Source of the DNA: Escherichia coli
GTDB taxonomy: Bacteria; Pseudomonadota; Gammaproteobacteria; Enterobacterales; Enterobacteriaceae
Length of the DNA stretch: 64,000 nucleotides
Assembly (NCBI RefSeq): GCF_048403405.1
Contig: NZ_CP183129.1
Strand: one strand, 5' to 3'
Both the position numbers and the translations under genes were made by a program. This document shows positions 8,166 to 19,375 of the stretch, piece after piece (within the stretch, counting starts at the first letter, position 1; each line of letters begins with the position of its first letter). The notes beneath the pieces are model-generated. The model was not told where the DNA came from. It saw only the letters and a list, made by a program, of their open reading frames with translations, and did no database searches.

Positions 8166-11100
8166 TCAGCTGATACTGATGCCTGCGGTGGCTTTCTTCA
8201 TCACCACAACCAGCAAATCGCTGATACTTGCTGTGGGATACCAGTCATTTACCAGCCATGCTGACACCGAAAACTCCAGCGTCATGTGACCGTGACCGGC
8301 AGGCATATCAATAACGCCACTGTAAATCAGCGTATTATCCAGCGCGGTACGGTTATAAATTTCAGCACCGTTTTTCCGCACTATCAGACGGCATGAGGAG
8401 TAAATATCAGTATGCTCTCTCTCATGTTTAGCGCCGCTGAATGCCACCGCCGGAATAACAATCTGCCGGTCAAACGGCTGATCGTCATAAATCCTGACGG
8501 TAATGGTCCCTGATGGCCACCGTTCCGGTGCACGGGAGTCCCGGGGGAAAGCTTTGCCCACTGTTTTAACGAGATCGCCTTCAATCTGGTTCGCGGACAG
8601 TTTTCCCAGAACCCGGCAGTTCTCGTTAATCGTGACGTTGTTGAGCGTCCCGGAGTTCGCATTCACGTTACCGCTGATATCGGCATTTTTCGCCGTCAGC
8701 CGCCCGTCCGGTGTCAGGGAAAATGCCGGAGGATTACCGCCGCTGGTAATGGTGGGAGCCGTCAGATATTTCAGGAACACTTCATTCATAAATATCTGAT
8801 CGCCCTGACCAACAAACATCGGCTTTGTGTTGCCATTCGCAGGATTAACCATCGCAATCCTGTCCGCCGCCAGCAGCACCTGACTCTGCATACCGTCAGG
8901 AGTATTCTCAATACCGGCACCAATACCCGCGATATAAAGGCGTCCGTCCTGCATCTGCTGCAGCTTCACAGCCCACATGCTGTTCAGGTTATTATTTGTA
9001 TCAACCTGAACCTTCTGTATCTGCTGAATTACCGCACTCTGGTCTTCCAGTTTATTATTGACGGTCTGCGTGATTTCATTGCTGACATCCGTAATGGACG
9101 TCCTGATTTCAGCCAGGTCAGGCGCAAGCTGACCGTTATCAATCTGCGTCCACAGCTCCTGAGCCAGATGGCTTTTCCCTATCTCGCCTTTGAAAAAATC
9201 CAGATAGCCGGATGCATCATCACTCGGCTGGCCAACAGCCTCCACAAATGCCGATTTGCCAACGGTGTTCACACTGCGGATGTAAAAATAATAATCATGG
9301 CCCGGTTTGATATTGATACTGGTGGCTATCCAGTACAGCGCCGTGCCAAGATAGCGGGCTGTGGTTTCAACCTGCCTGATATCGGTAATCCGCGTTTCCG
9401 AGAACCAGAACTCAAACTGTACCGTCGGATCATAAACCGCAAGATGCGGCGTGGCAGTTATCTGAAAATAGCCCGGCGTCAGCTCAATCCGCGACGGCGC
9501 TGCCGGTGCGGCAATCCGGAACGATACCGATGCCGGATCGCCCTGCTGTCCCCACGCATTTACCGCCCGGACCGTCAGCGTGTAACGCCCCAGCGCCAGT
9601 TGCCTGAAGCGGTATGTGGTTTCCGTCGTCCTGGCCGTGCTGACCAGCCGCTCACTGCCGTCGTCCGCTGCCACGGTCAGGCGAAGCAGGAAGCTCACGC
9701 CCTTCACCACCTTCGGCGTGTCCCAGCGGGCCAGTACCTGATACTCCCCGCTGTCTGCGGTGACTTCGGCAGTCAGGTGCTGCACCGCTGGCGGCGTGAC
9801 ACCATTCACCGTGCCGCTCTGGTCACCGTCAAAGTGCGCCCCGTTATCCACGATGGCTTCTTTCTCCGGTACATGCTGCACGGCGGTGATGGCATACGTG
9901 CCATCGTCGTTCTCACGGATACTCACACAGCGGAACAGGCGCTGGCGCAGCGTCGGCAGCTTCAGCCCCCATACGCTGTATTCAGCAACACTGTCAGGAA
10001 CACGGCTCACTTTTACCTTCACGCCGTCGGTGACGGACTGAACCTCCACGCTGACCGGATTGCCACTTCCGTCAACCAGGCTTATCAGCGTGGTACCGGA
10101 GGATGGCAGCGTGATTTCACGGTCGAGCGTCAGCGTCCGGGTCTGGCTGTTCACCGCCAGTACACGACCACCGGTGCTGATACCGGCATAGTCATCATCA
10201 CAGATTTCAATAACATCGCCCGGTACATGGCGAAGCCCTTCTGCGCCGACGCTGAAATCCACGGTCTGCGTTTCCAGCAGTTCCGTTTTAATCAGCCACA
10301 GCCCGGCGCGGTGTGCCTGCCCCCGGCTGGTACAGCCAAAGGCATCCATCTTCGTGACGTTACGACCGTAACGGGCAATGGCCTGCGTGTCCTCCACAAG
10401 CTCTGTCGCCGTCTCCCAGCCGTTGTTCGGGTCAATCCAGTTCACCTCAACGGCATTATGGCGGTCCTTCAGGGCGCTGAAGCTGTAGCGGAACGGCGCG
10501 CCATCATCCGGCATCACCACATTACTGCGGTTATAGGTCCACACCTTATCCGACGGTCGGTCCTGCACGAATGTCAGCGTCTGCCCGTTCCATACCGGCA
10601 TACAGCGCATCGCCGAGCAGAAATCACTGAGCACATCCCACGCCTTGCGCTGTGTGGCCAGGTACGCATTACAGGTGATGCGCGGCTCCGTGCCGCCAAA
10701 ACCATCCGGCACCGACTGGTCGCAATACTGGCTGATGACATACAGCGCCCATTTATCCACATCTGCCGCACCAAGACGTTTCCCCATGCCGTAGCGCGGA
10801 TGGGTCAGCATATCCCACAGACACCAGGCCATGTTGTTGCTGTATGCTGGCTTAAACGTTCCGTCCCAGATACCGCTGTATTGCCGCGTCTGCGGGTTAT
10901 AGTTCGACGGCACCTGCAGAATGCGCCCGCGAAGATGATAATTACGGCTCACCTGCTGGCTGCCGAACTGCTCCGAATCCACCTGCACGCCGACCAGTGC
11001 CGTGTTCGGGTAGCACTGTTTCACATCGATGATTTCGGTGTATGACGACCAGAGCGTTTTGTTCTGCAGCTGGTCTGTGGTGCTGTCCGGCGTCATTCTG

Positions 11101-11645
11101 CGCATCCGGATATTAAACGGGCGCGGCGGCAGGTTATCCACCACCACCGAGGCCAGATACTGTGAGGTGGTTTTGCCCTTAATGGTGATGTCTTTTTCCG
11201 TCACCCAGCCACCATTACGCTGTATCTGAACCAGCAGGCGAACTTCCGACAGATTCCGGTCCCCCTTTGAGGTGGTTTCCACCAGTGCCTGCACACCGAA
11301 GGTAAAGCGCAGACGGTCGATGTTTGCAGACGTGATGGTCCGGGTAATCGGCGTGTCGTACTTCACTTCCGTACCCAGCACCGTCTCGGAGCCGGAGGAT
11401 TCAAATCCCTCCGGCGGTGTCTGCTCCTGCTCACCTGCCCGGAACACCACCGTGACACCGGAGATATTGGTATTCCCCTCACTGTCCAGCACTGGCGTAC
11501 TGTTCAGCAGCACACTTTTTAATCCGTCCACCGGACCTTCAACCGGCCCTTCACTGATGGCGTCTATCACGCTCAGCATCTGGGATGATTTCAGGTTGTC
11601 CTTCGCTTCGCGCGGGGTATGCCCCTTACTGCTGCCTTTACCCAT
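8166..11645 (-). CDS. J: Tail tip / host-specificity protein J
   Basis: 1159 aa. [20 protein letters not shown]... and the fibronectin-like repeats match lambda J. Confidence 0.95.
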   Translation of the reverse strand: MGKGSSKGHTPREAKDNLKSSQMLSVIDAISEGPVEGPVDGLKSVLLNSTPVLDSEGNTNISGVTVVFRAGEQEQTPPEGFESSGSETVLGTEVKYDTPITRTITSANIDRLRFTFGVQALVETTSKGDRNLSEVRLLVQIQRNGGWVTEKDITIKGKTTSQYLASVVVDNLPPRPFNIRMRRMTPDSTTDQLQNKTLWSSYTEIIDVKQCYPNTALVGVQVDSEQFGSQQVSRNYHLRGRILQVPSNYNPQTRQYSGIWDGTFKPAYSNNMAWCLWDMLTHPRYGMGKRLGAADVDKWALYVISQYCDQSVPDGFGGTEPRITCNAYLATQRKAWDVLSDFCSAMRCMPVWNGQTLTFVQDRPSDKVWTYNRSNVVMPDDGAPFRYSFSALKDRHNAVEVNWIDPNNGWETATELVEDTQAIARYGRNVTKMDAFGCTSRGQAHRAGLWLIKTELLETQTVDFSVGAEGLRHVPGDVIEICDDDYAGISTGGRVLAVNSQTRTLTLDREITLPSSGTTLISLVDGSGNPVSVEVQSVTDGVKVKVSRVPDSVAEYSVWGLKLPTLRQRLFRCVSIRENDDGTYAITAVQHVPEKEAIVDNGAHFDGDQSGTVNGVTPPAVQHLTAEVTADSGEYQVLARWDTPKVVKGVSFLLRLTVAADDGSERLVSTARTTETTYRFRQLALGRYTLTVRAVNAWGQQGDPASVSFRIAAPAAPSRIELTPGYFQITATPHLAVYDPTVQFEFWFSETRITDIRQVETTARYLGTALYWIATSINIKPGHDYYFYIRSVNTVGKSAFVEAVGQPSDDASGYLDFFKGEIGKSHLAQELWTQIDNGQLAPDLAEIRTSITDVSNEITQTVNNKLEDQSAVIQQIQKVQVDTNNNLNSMWAVKLQQMQDGRLYIAGIGAGIENTPDGMQSQVLLAADRIAMVNPANGNTKPMFVGQGDQIFMNEVFLKYLTAPTITSGGNPPAFSLTPDGRLTAKNADISGNVNANSGTLNNVTINENCRVLGKLSANQIEGDLVKTVGKAFPRDSRAPERWPSGTITVRIYDDQPFDRQIVIPAVAFSGAKHEREHTDIYSSCRLIVRKNGAEIYNRTALDNTLIYSGVIDMPAGHGHMTLEFSVSAWLVNDWYPTASISDLLVVVMKKATAGISIS

Positions 11646-11705
11646 TCGTCATGATCCATAAACGATAAAACCGCCCGGAGGCGGTTTCACATAAAACATT
11701 TTGCA

Positions 11706-12377
11706 TCAGCGACCAATCACCACAACCTGACCACCATCCCCTTCGTCTGCCGTGCTGATCTCCTGAGAAATCACGCGTGACCCCACGCGCATTTCACCGT
11801 ACAGAACGGGCAGAACATTCCCCTGGGCAACCATGTTATCCAGTGAGGAGAAATAGGTGTTCTGCTTACCGTTATCCGTTGTCTGTGTGCGGGGAGTTCT
11901 GGCTTTCGGTGCCAGCATCTGAGCCACACCACCGAGCACCATACTGGCACCGAGAGAAAACAGAATGCCGGTCATACCACCGGCACCAATGGCTGCCCCC
12001 CATGCTGCAAGGGTGGCTCCGGCGGTAAAGAATGATCCGGCAATGGCGGCTGCTCCCAGGACAATCTGGAATACACCACCTGACTTGGCCCCGGCGACTC
12101 TGGGAACAATATGAATCACAGCGCCATCAGGCAGAGTCTCATGTAACTGCGCCGTTAATCCGGACGTGCTGACGTCCCGCCCGGCAATCCGTACCTGATA
12201 CCAGCCGTCGCTCAGTTTCTGACGAAACGCCGGGAGCTGTGTGGCCAGTGCGCGGATGGCTTCAGCCCCCGTTTTCACACGAAGGTCGATGCGGCGGCCA
12301 AATCGTTGCAAATCCCCGTAAAGGCAGATGCGTGCCATTCCCGGTGACGCCAGAGGGAGTGTGTGCGTCGCTGCCAT
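11706..12377 (-). CDS. I: Tail tip assembly protein I
   Basis: 223 aa. MAATHTLPLASPGMARICLYGDLQRFGRR... matches remembered lambda I. Confidence 0.93.
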   Translation of the reverse strand: MAATHTLPLASPGMARICLYGDLQRFGRRIDLRVKTGAEAIRALATQLPAFRQKLSDGWYQVRIAGRDVSTSGLTAQLHETLPDGAVIHIVPRVAGAKSGGVFQIVLGAAAIAGSFFTAGATLAAWGAAIGAGGMTGILFSLGASMVLGGVAQMLAPKARTPRTQTTDNGKQNTYFSSLDNMVAQGNVLPVLYGEMRVGSRVISQEISTADEGDGGQVVVIGR

Positions 12378-13018
12378 TTGTCGGTATACCTCTCTCGTTT
12401 GCTCAGTTGTTCAGGAATATGGTGCAGCAGCTCGCCGTCACCACAGTAAATGGCGGCATGATTCGGCACCGATGAACCAAAGCAGCACAGCAGCACGTCG
12501 CCAGGCTGCGCCTCTGTCAGTGCGACACGGTAAAAACCAGTCGCCTCCATATTGTCAAGATAGAGATTCTGACCGTTACGCCACCAGTCATCCCCGCGAT
12601 GAAAATCCGGCATCTCAATCCCCGCCAGATGATAAGCATCCCGGAACAGCGTGTAACAGTCCGTCACCCCGTGCTCAAAGCGACGCCCGGTGAGATGCGG
12701 CACACAGCGGAACTTGTGAATCGCCCCCCGGCAGACCAGCCACCACGGCAAATCACTCTGCACCTGCAGCCGCCGGTCAGCCTCACTCAGCCAGGGCAGA
12801 CCACCGGGATGACTGTGGACCAGTGCCACAATCTCACCCTGCATCTCTGCCTGCAGCCAGTCCTCCGGAGCCATCCGGAAATAATCCTCCGGCTCACCGG
12901 AGATATTCACGCAGGGAAAATATCTTTCCCCCTCCGGCGTGCTTACCACGAAGCCGCACGACTCCGCTGGCGCACATCGCCGGGCGTGCGCCAGAATCGC
13001 TGATTCTGTCTCTGTCAT
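12275..13018 (-). CDS. K: Tail tip assembly protein K (JAB/MPN + NlpC/P60)
   Basis: The start is at the internal ATG 13018 (MTETESAILAHARRCAPAESCGF...), 5 nt after the L stop. It has an HSHPGG JAMM-like motif, ends ...AASTFV, and overlaps I by 103 nt. Confidence 0.88.
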   Translation of the reverse strand: MTETESAILAHARRCAPAESCGFVVSTPEGERYFPCVNISGEPEDYFRMAPEDWLQAEMQGEIVALVHSHPGGLPWLSEADRRLQVQSDLPWWLVCRGAIHKFRCVPHLTGRRFEHGVTDCYTLFRDAYHLAGIEMPDFHRGDDWWRNGQNLYLDNMEATGFYRVALTEAQPGDVLLCCFGSSVPNHAAIYCGDGELLHHIPEQLSKRERYTDKWQRRTHSLWRHREWHASAFTGICNDLAAASTFV

Positions 13019-13022
13019 GGGA

Positions 13023-13721
13023 TTACTGCGAAAGTTTGTTAATGGAAAGGAAGCCGCCAAAGTTGCCGACGTTATTGCGGAACTTACAGCCACTCAGGCA
13101 TTTGCTGCATTTATCCTTCGTGATATCGAACGTCGGCTGGTCATATTCATCCGCGACCGCCGGACCGCTATAACCGCACTCATCACCGCGATAGGTCCAG
13201 GTGCAGGTGTTGGCCAGCATGATGCGCCCCGGAAAAACAGCACCATCCGTTTCCGTCGGCGTGGACAACACAAAGGAGGCACTGACCGCGCTCAGTTCGC
13301 TGCACTGCTCGACGCGCCAGCGGCTGATCACCTCCTGCTCCGGATCGGCATCGCTGTTTCCGTTGACGAAATTCACCGCATCCAGAAAACGGGCGTAAAC
13401 CTTACGCCTGACCACCGTTCCGCCGACCAGACTCTGCAGATCTTCCACCATCCCGGTGACCATACCGTACAGGTTAGAAACCGTCAGCGTGGGGCGCGTA
13501 CTGGCGCCTTTGCCATTCAGTTCAAAACCGCTCCCCTGAATGGGATACGGCTGATACTGTCGCCCCTGCCAGGTGACCGGCTCACCTTTTTCGTTCTGCT
13601 CATTACAGAAAAAATAACGCTCTCCACCGACCTCTGTCAGATCGATTTCCCAGAGCACCACGCTGGCCGACTGCTCCGCACGGGTGCATTCATTCAGTGT
13701 TTCCTGTTGGATATCCTGCAT
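13023..13721 (-). CDS. L: Minor tail protein L
   Basis: 232 aa. MQDIQQETLNECTRAEQSASVVLWEIDL... is lambda L-like. Confidence 0.93.
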   Translation of the reverse strand: MQDIQQETLNECTRAEQSASVVLWEIDLTEVGGERYFFCNEQNEKGEPVTWQGRQYQPYPIQGSGFELNGKGASTRPTLTVSNLYGMVTGMVEDLQSLVGGTVVRRKVYARFLDAVNFVNGNSDADPEQEVISRWRVEQCSELSAVSASFVLSTPTETDGAVFPGRIMLANTCTWTYRGDECGYSGPAVADEYDQPTFDITKDKCSKCLSGCKFRNNVGNFGGFLSINKLSQ

Positions 13722-14050
13722 CAGTTCACCACCTGTTCAAACTCTGCGCTGAACTCAACACGCAACATACTGACCCGCGACGACCATTTTGCGCAGGTCA
13801 CCTTTATCTGCCGGTAGCCATAAGGCGGCGTCCACAGAAAGGCCTTCCAGCCCCCGTGCTCAGCCAGAAACGACTCCAGCGCCGCGGCCTCCCAACGGGG
13901 AACAGAAAGCGTCACGCTGTACGTTTTCAGGTCAGTGTTCAGCCCGGCAGGCGCTCGCTGGGAATAGCCATCACCAAAGCGCACCTTTCTTACGGAAGGG
14001 GCCGAAGCCACATCCATACCGGGTTTCACTTTCCAGCGGAAGGTTTTCAT
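13721..14050 (-). CDS. M: Minor tail protein M
   Basis: 109 aa, located between H and L, with overlapping start and stop codons as in lambda. Confidence 0.9.
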   Translation of the reverse strand: MKTFRWKVKPGMDVASAPSVRKVRFGDGYSQRAPAGLNTDLKTYSVTLSVPRWEAAALESFLAEHGGWKAFLWTPPYGYRQIKVTCAKWSSRVSMLRVEFSAEFEQVVN

Positions 14051-16608
14051 CGTCCACCTCCGGAGAACAGACCACCATCGCGCATCTGCCCGGTCACAAC
14101 ATCCATTGCCGCCTTACGGGCTACGTCATAAACAGCCTTCAGCGCCTGTGGCCCTATCTGACCGTTCGTGCCGTCGTTGTTAATCACCACATGGTTATTC
14201 TGCTCAAACGTCCCGGACGCCTGCGACCGGCTGTCCGCCATGCTGCCCGGTGTACCGACATAACCACCGGTGGCATAGCCGCGCATCAGCCGGTAGAGAT
14301 TCCCCACGCCAATCCGGCTGGTTGCCTCCTTCGTGAAGACAAATTCACCACGGTGAACAATCCCCGCAGGCTCATATTTGCCGCCGGTTCCCGTAAATCC
14401 CCCGGTCGCAAAATGGAATTTCGCCGCAGCTGCCTGAATGGCTGTACCGCCTGACGCTGATGCGTCACCACCGACAGCACCGCCAATGACACTGCCCACA
14501 CTCCCGACGATCCCCACCATTGCCTGCTTAAGCAGAATTTCTGTCATCATGGACAGCACGGAACGGGTGAAGCTGCGCCAGTTCTGCTCACTGCCGGTCA
14601 GCATCGCCGCCATATTCTGCGCAATACCATCAAAGGTCTGCGTGGCTGCACTTTTAACCTGCGACATACTGTCCGTGGCACTCTCTTTCCACTCGCTCCA
14701 GCCGGACCTGAGGCCTGCCATCCAGTTCCCGCGAAGCAGGTCTTCAGCCGCCCAGGTCTTTTTCTGCTCTGACATGACGTTATTCAGCGCCAGAGGATTA
14801 TCGCCATACTGTTCCTTCAGGCGCTGTTCTGTGGCTTCCCGTTCTGCCTGCCGGTCAGTCAGCCCCCGGCTTTTCGCATCAATGGCGGCCCGTTTTGCCC
14901 GTTGCTGCTGTGCGAATTTATCCGCCTGCTGCGCCAGCGCGTTCAGGCGCTCCTGATACGTAACCTTGTCGCCAAGTGCAGCAAGCTGGCGTTTGTACTC
15001 CAGCGTCTCATCTTTATGCGCCAGCAGGGATTTCTCCTGTGCAGACAGCTGGCGACGTTGCGCCGCCTCCTCCAGTACCGCGAACTGACTCTCCGCCTTC
15101 CACAAATCCCGGCGCTGCTGGCTGATTTTCTCATTTGCTCCGGCATGCTTCTCCAGCGTCCGGAGTTCTGCCTGAAGCGTCAGCAGGGCAGCATGAGCAC
15201 TGTCTTCCTGACGATCGCCCGCAGACACCTTCACGCCGGACTGTTTCGGCTTTTTCAGCGTCGCTTCATAATCCTTTTTCGCCGCCGCCATCAGCGTGTT
15301 GTAATCCGCCTGCAGGATTTTCCCGTCTTTCAGTGCCTTGTTCAGTTCTTCCTGACGGGCGGTATATTTCTCCAGCGGCGTCTGCAGCCGTTCGTAAGCC
15401 TTCTGCGCCTCTTCGGTATATTTCAGCCGTGACGCTTCGGTATCGCTCTGCTGCTGCGCATTTTTGTCCTGTTGAGTCTGCTGCTCAGCCTTCTTTCGGG
15501 CGGCTTCAAGCGCAAGACGGGCCTTTTCACGATCATCCCAGTAACGCGCCCGCGCTTCATCGTTAACAAAATAATCATCCTTGCGCAGATTCCAGATGTC
15601 GTCTGCTTTCTTAAACGCAGCCTCTGCCTTAATCAGCATCTCCTGCGCGGTATCAGGACGACCAATATCCAGCACCGCATCCCACATGGATTTGAATGCC
15701 CGCGCAGTCCTGTCTGCCCAGGTCTCCAGCGTGCCCATGTTCTCTTTCAGGCGGCGGGTCTGGTCATCAAACCCTTTCGTTGCGGCCTCGTTCGCCGCCT
15801 GCAATGCCCCGGCTTCATCGCCGGAACGCTGCAACTGAGCAACATACGCAATCTGCTCCGCCGTCACGTTATGGAACTGGCGTGCCATCGCCGTCAGCCC
15901 CGACGTCGGGTCTGTGGTCAGCTTCCCGAAGGCTTCAGCGACCTTGTCCACCTCCACGCCGGATGCAGAGGAGAAACGCGCCACACTCTGGCTGATGGAC
16001 GCAATCTGAGCCTCACCGCTTACCCCCGCCTTAACCAGTGCGCTGAGTGACTCGCTGGTCTGGTTAAACGTCAGCCCTGCCGCCTGCCCGGCTCTGGACA
16101 GGACCAGCATACGATCTGCCGTCAGTCCCGCCTGATTGCCGGAAAGGACCAGCGTTTTGTTGAAATCGGACAGGGTTGAGTTGCCCTGATACCAGGCATA
16201 CGCCAGTGCACCGGTCGCCACCGCCAGCGAGGTGGCCCCCACCATCGGCAGGGTGATCGCACCGGCAAGCCCCCTGAACATGGGGATCATCCCGCCGAAG
16301 GAGTCCTTCACCTGCCCCCCCTGTTGCAGCAGGATGAGCCACGGATTCTGCCCCCCTGCAAGCTGCGTGGCCACGTCGGTGAACTGTGCAGGCAGCATAC
16401 GCATGGCGGCTTTATACTGCCCGACGGAAATCCCCGCTTTCTGTGCAGCCAGCGCCTGTCGGCTCAGCGACTGTTCAACGACTGCCGCTGTTTTTTTCGC
16501 ATCACTTTCCGTACCGGAAAAATGACGCCTGACTCTGGCCATCTGCTCGTCAAATCTGGCCGCATCCAGACTCAAATCAACGACCAGATCGCCTACCGGT
16601 TCAGCCAT
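14047..16608 (-). CDS. H: Tail tape-measure protein H
   Basis: 853 aa, the same length as lambda H. It is a long coiled-coil protein with Gly-rich hydrophobic segments. Confidence 0.93.
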   Translation of the reverse strand: MAEPVGDLVVDLSLDAARFDEQMARVRRHFSGTESDAKKTAAVVEQSLSRQALAAQKAGISVGQYKAAMRMLPAQFTDVATQLAGGQNPWLILLQQGGQVKDSFGGMIPMFRGLAGAITLPMVGATSLAVATGALAYAWYQGNSTLSDFNKTLVLSGNQAGLTADRMLVLSRAGQAAGLTFNQTSESLSALVKAGVSGEAQIASISQSVARFSSASGVEVDKVAEAFGKLTTDPTSGLTAMARQFHNVTAEQIAYVAQLQRSGDEAGALQAANEAATKGFDDQTRRLKENMGTLETWADRTARAFKSMWDAVLDIGRPDTAQEMLIKAEAAFKKADDIWNLRKDDYFVNDEARARYWDDREKARLALEAARKKAEQQTQQDKNAQQQSDTEASRLKYTEEAQKAYERLQTPLEKYTARQEELNKALKDGKILQADYNTLMAAAKKDYEATLKKPKQSGVKVSAGDRQEDSAHAALLTLQAELRTLEKHAGANEKISQQRRDLWKAESQFAVLEEAAQRRQLSAQEKSLLAHKDETLEYKRQLAALGDKVTYQERLNALAQQADKFAQQQRAKRAAIDAKSRGLTDRQAEREATEQRLKEQYGDNPLALNNVMSEQKKTWAAEDLLRGNWMAGLRSGWSEWKESATDSMSQVKSAATQTFDGIAQNMAAMLTGSEQNWRSFTRSVLSMMTEILLKQAMVGIVGSVGSVIGGAVGGDASASGGTAIQAAAAKFHFATGGFTGTGGKYEPAGIVHRGEFVFTKEATSRIGVGNLYRLMRGYATGGYVGTPGSMADSRSQASGTFEQNNHVVINNDGTNGQIGPQALKAVYDVARKAAMDVVTGQMRDGGLFSGGGR

Positions 16609-17439
16609 ACCGGACTCCTCCTGCGATCCCTTCTGATACTGTCATCAGCATTACGTCATCCTCCGTCATGTCCGCCACATCCGGGGAAGCGGAGATAACT
16701 TCATTCCCGTCCGGGCCAAAGCGGACACCTCCGGCAAGCCCTGCCGCTTTCTGCATCAGCACATCATCTTCAGGCTCTTCGTCAGCCTCGCGCCGGTTCA
16801 GCAGACTGAAATCCAGCGGATGCATATCCGGATCGCTGAAAAACAGGCTGAGCACGGTGTACGTCAGCCCGGAAAAGTGCATATCCAGCAGAACATCATG
16901 AAAATAATGGGTACTGTAAAAACGGTGCCAGTCGGCATACTCCGTGGATGACATCCCGGCAAGCATGGCACGCCAGTCGGGTCGCCCCATCTCACGCGCC
17001 AGTTTCAGGGCAAAACTCAGCTCACCGTCGAACACTTTCCCGCAGAAACAGGCTCTGCGGGCCCGGCGTCCTCTGTCTGTTCAGGGGCATTATTCACAAC
17101 AAACTCATACATACCGGACAGCCGGTACACCACGTTTTCAGCATGAGAAATTGCCTCTGTAGGCCAGGTGGTAAGCACTTCCTGCTCAATCTGTTTAACG
17201 GCTTCATTCATGGAAGGCATCTGCGTCTTCTGCGGATGGTTATGCCACAGGGACATCGCTACCACAAAAGCACCGGTTCTGATGGCGTCTTCCACAGTAA
17301 ACTTCCGGTTGCTGTCTGACTCCGCCTGTTCTGCCTGCCGTTTCATCAGGGCGAGATGCTCAATACGCTGCAGGGCTGACAGTTCAGAAAGCGTGACGGT
17401 CACACCGTTATGTTCAAATGATTCGGTTTTCAGGAACAT
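16601..17439 (-). CDS. T: Tail assembly chaperone G-T (-1 programmed frameshift fusion)
   Basis: The T-frame ORF 16601-17035 overlaps the end of G. The slippery heptamer G GGA AAG lies at the junction. Confidence 0.85.
17017..17439 (-). CDS. G: Tail assembly chaperone G
   Basis: 140 aa. MFLKTESFEHNGVTVTLSELSALQRIEHLALMKRQ... matches remembered lambda G. Confidence 0.93.
   Translation of the reverse strand: MFLKTESFEHNGVTVTLSELSALQRIEHLALMKRQAEQAESDSNRKFTVEDAIRTGAFVVAMSLWHNHPQKTQMPSMNEAVKQIEQEVLTTWPTEAISHAENVVYRLSGMYEFVVNNAPEQTEDAGPAEPVSAGKCSTVS
17035..17041 (-). promoter_or_regulatory. G/G-T -1 frameshift slippery site GGGAAAG
   Basis: The plus strand reads ctttccc, so the minus strand reads GGGAAAG. 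This is the same heptamer as in lambda. Confidence 0.85.
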
Positions 17440-17454
17440 CTCTGACTCTCCGGA

Positions 17455-18195
17455 TTAACTGGCGGTGACGGTGATTTCTGCAACCGCAGCAAACTCACCA
17501 TTACCGGATACGACCGGAATGTTGACCTTACCTGCAGCAACGCCATTCACGGTGATGGTCATACCACTGACCGACACGGTGGCTTTTGTTTTATCCGCTG
17601 ACACCGCACGGAAGCTCTTGTCGGTTGCGCCTTCCGGCTGGAATGCCACGGTCAGCGTGGTGCTCTTCCCTTTCACTACGGAAGCGCTGGCTGGCGTCAC
17701 GGTCATACCGGTTGCCGCTGTTACCGTGCTGCGTTCTTCTGCCATCGACGGACGTCCCACATTGGTGACTTTCACCGTGCGGGTGATCACTTCCTTCGCC
17801 GTCACCGCCTTACCGATACTGCTGACCCAGCCACGGAACACATCGACCGTGCCGTTCGGGAAGCGGATTTTATAGGCACGGGTATCGCCTTCATTAAACC
17901 ACGCCAGCAGCGCCTGCTGCCCCTGCTCTCCGGGCATCCACGCCAGCGTGAAGCTGGTATCTCCGGCAGATTTCTGCCCCTGCCCGGTCGCGGTCCAGTC
18001 TGCATCTTCATCATCGAGATAGCTGTCGTCATAGGACTCAGCGGTCAGTTCGCCGGGCGTCAGGTCTTTAACTTTAGCCAGACGCGACCAGTCAACGTCT
18101 GAAAGCGGGTTCGCATAAGGGTCACCGTTCCCCTTATAAACCCACAGGGTGGTCCCGGCCCCTTTCACCGGCATTACTGGATTTGGTACAGGCAT
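17455..18195 (-). CDS. V: Major tail protein V (with C-terminal Ig-like domain)
   Basis: 246 aa. [22 protein letters not shown]... is lambda V-like. A GAGGA RBS is retained between the ATG and the IS1 end. Confidence 0.93.
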   Translation of the reverse strand: MPVPNPVMPVKGAGTTLWVYKGNGDPYANPLSDVDWSRLAKVKDLTPGELTAESYDDSYLDDEDADWTATGQGQKSAGDTSFTLAWMPGEQGQQALLAWFNEGDTRAYKIRFPNGTVDVFRGWVSSIGKAVTAKEVITRTVKVTNVGRPSMAEERSTVTAATGMTVTPASASVVKGKSTTLTVAFQPEGATDKSFRAVSADKTKATVSVSGMTITVNGVAAGKVNIPVVSGNGEFAAVAEITVTAS

Positions 18196-18203
18196 ATCGT
18201 CCT

Positions 18204-18212
18204 CACATTTCA
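18204..18212. repeat. IS1 target-site duplication, left copy
   Basis: CACATTTCA immediately abuts the IS1 end and is identical to 18981-18989. Confidence 0.9.
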
Positions 18213-18267
18213 GGTGATGCTGCCAACTTACTGATTTAGTGTATGATGGTGTTTTTGAGGTGCTCCA

Positions 18268-18543
18268 GTGGCTTCTGTTTCTATCAGCTGTCCCTCCTGT
18301 TCAGCTACTGACGGGGTGGTGCGTAACGGCAAAAGCACCGCCGGACATCAGCGCTATCTCTGCTCTCACTGCCGTAAAACATGGCAACTGCAGTTCACTT
18401 ACACCGCTTCTCAACCCGGTACGCACCAGAAAATCATTGATATGGCCATGAATGGCGTTGGATGCCGGGCAACCGCCCGCATTATGGGCGTTGGCCTCAA
18501 CACGATTTTCCGCCATTTAAAAAACTCAGGCCGCAGTCGGTAA
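18268..18543 (+). CDS. insA: IS1 InsA
   Basis: 91 aa. [40 protein letters not shown]... is the canonical InsA sequence. Confidence 0.95.
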   Translation: MASVSISCPSCSATDGVVRNGKSTAGHQRYLCSHCRKTWQLQFTYTASQPGTHQKIIDMAMNGVGCRATARIMGVGLNTIFRHLKNSGRSR

Positions 18544-18965
18544 CCTCGCGCATACAGCCGGGCAGTGACGTCATCGTCTGCGCGGAAATGGACGAACAGT
18601 GGGGATACGTCGGGGCTAAATCGCGCCAGCGCTGGCTGTTTTACGCGTATGACAGGCTCCGGAAGACGGTTGTTGCGCACGTATTCGGTGAACGCACTCT
18701 GGCCACACTGGAGCGTCTTCTAAGCCTGCTGTCGGCCTTTGAGGTCGTGGTATGGATGACGGATGGCTGGCCGCTGTATGAATCCCGCCTGAAGGGAAAG
18801 CTGCACGTAATCAGCAAGCGTTACACTCAGCGAATTGAGCGGCATAACCTGAATCTGAGACAACATCTGGCAAGGCTGGGACGGAAGTCACTGTCGTTCT
18901 CAAAATCGGTGGAGCTGCATGACAAGGTCATCGGGCATTATCTGAACATAAAACACTATCAGTAA
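18462..18965 (+). CDS. insB: IS1 InsB frame (expressed as the InsAB' transposase by a -1 frameshift at A6C, 18519-18525)
   Basis: 167-aa ORF in the -1 frame relative to insA. The AAAAAAC slippery run lies in the overlap. Confidence 0.9.
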   Translation: MPGNRPHYGRWPQHDFPPFKKLRPQSVTSRIQPGSDVIVCAEMDEQWGYVGAKSRQRWLFYAYDRLRKTVVAHVFGERTLATLERLLSLLSAFEVVVWMTDGWPLYESRLKGKLHVISKRYTQRIERHNLNLRQHLARLGRKSLSFSKSVELHDKVIGHYLNIKHYQ

Positions 18966-19375
18966 GTTGGAGTCATTACCCACATTTCATAGGTAATGAC
19001 ATAAGTCAGATCGGCTGAACTCCACAGGCCCGCATCATCGTCGCGCCGGTAGTCATAGCCGCTGGCCACCATACTGGTGATCAAATCTGACAGTGCCGGG
19101 ATATCACTCATCACCGGATAAATCCGGGACTCCATCCACTCATCCAGCTCTGAATCCGGCACCTGAGCAGGCAGGAAAACTTCGATATGCAGCTCCGCCT
19201 GCCAGGTATCGCTGTCCAGCTCTTCGCCCGTGTATTCAGCGCCGGTGAGATAAACGGCAACTGCCGGAAAATCCGCCTCATCAAAAACAGCGGGGCGACC
19301 ATCAAAAAACGTCGCCCCGGTGTCATGCTTCTCCAGTGCATCCAGTACGGCTGCACGGAGTTCAGTATGTTTCAT
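18959..19375 (-). CDS. U: Tail terminator protein U, C-terminally extended by 7 IS1-encoded residues
   Basis: [37 protein letters not shown]...[10 protein letters not shown] matches the 131-aa lambda U. Here the reading frame continues as WVMTPTY into the IS1 end because the insertion split the TGA stop. Confidence 0.88.
   Translation of the reverse strand: MKHTELRAAVLDALEKHDTGATFFDGRPAVFDEADFPAVAVYLTGAEYTGEELDSDTWQAELHIEVFLPAQVPDSELDEWMESRIYPVMSDIPALSDLITSMVASGYDYRRDDDAGLWSSADLTYVITYEMWVMTPTY
18981..18989. repeat. IS1 target-site duplication, right copy
   Basis: CACATTTCA directly follows the IS1 end. Confidence 0.9.

Larger units (their letters stand above)
18213..18980 (+). mobile_element. 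IS1 insertion sequence (768 bp)
   Basis: Terminal inverted repeats are GGTGATGCTGCCAACTTACTGAT... and ...AAGTTGGAGTCATTACC. It carries insA and insB ORFs and is flanked by a 9-bp direct duplication. Confidence 0.95.

Noticed and set aside
9168-11045. 625-aa + strand ORF, and other long + strand ORFs across 8.4-17.9 kb and 19.1-27.8 kb
   Set aside because: All lie antisense or out of frame within lambda-type structural genes (J, I, K, L, H, V, E, C, B, A, Nu1). They have Arg/His/Pro-rich low-complexity translations typical of shadow ORFs in GC-rich coding DNA.
12275-12377. 103-nt overlap of K and I, which looked like a possible frameshift or pseudogene
   Set aside because: The K frame stays open to a C-terminus (...AASTFV) that matches lambda K as I recall it, and I has its full N-terminus. 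The overlap appears native to this gene pair.
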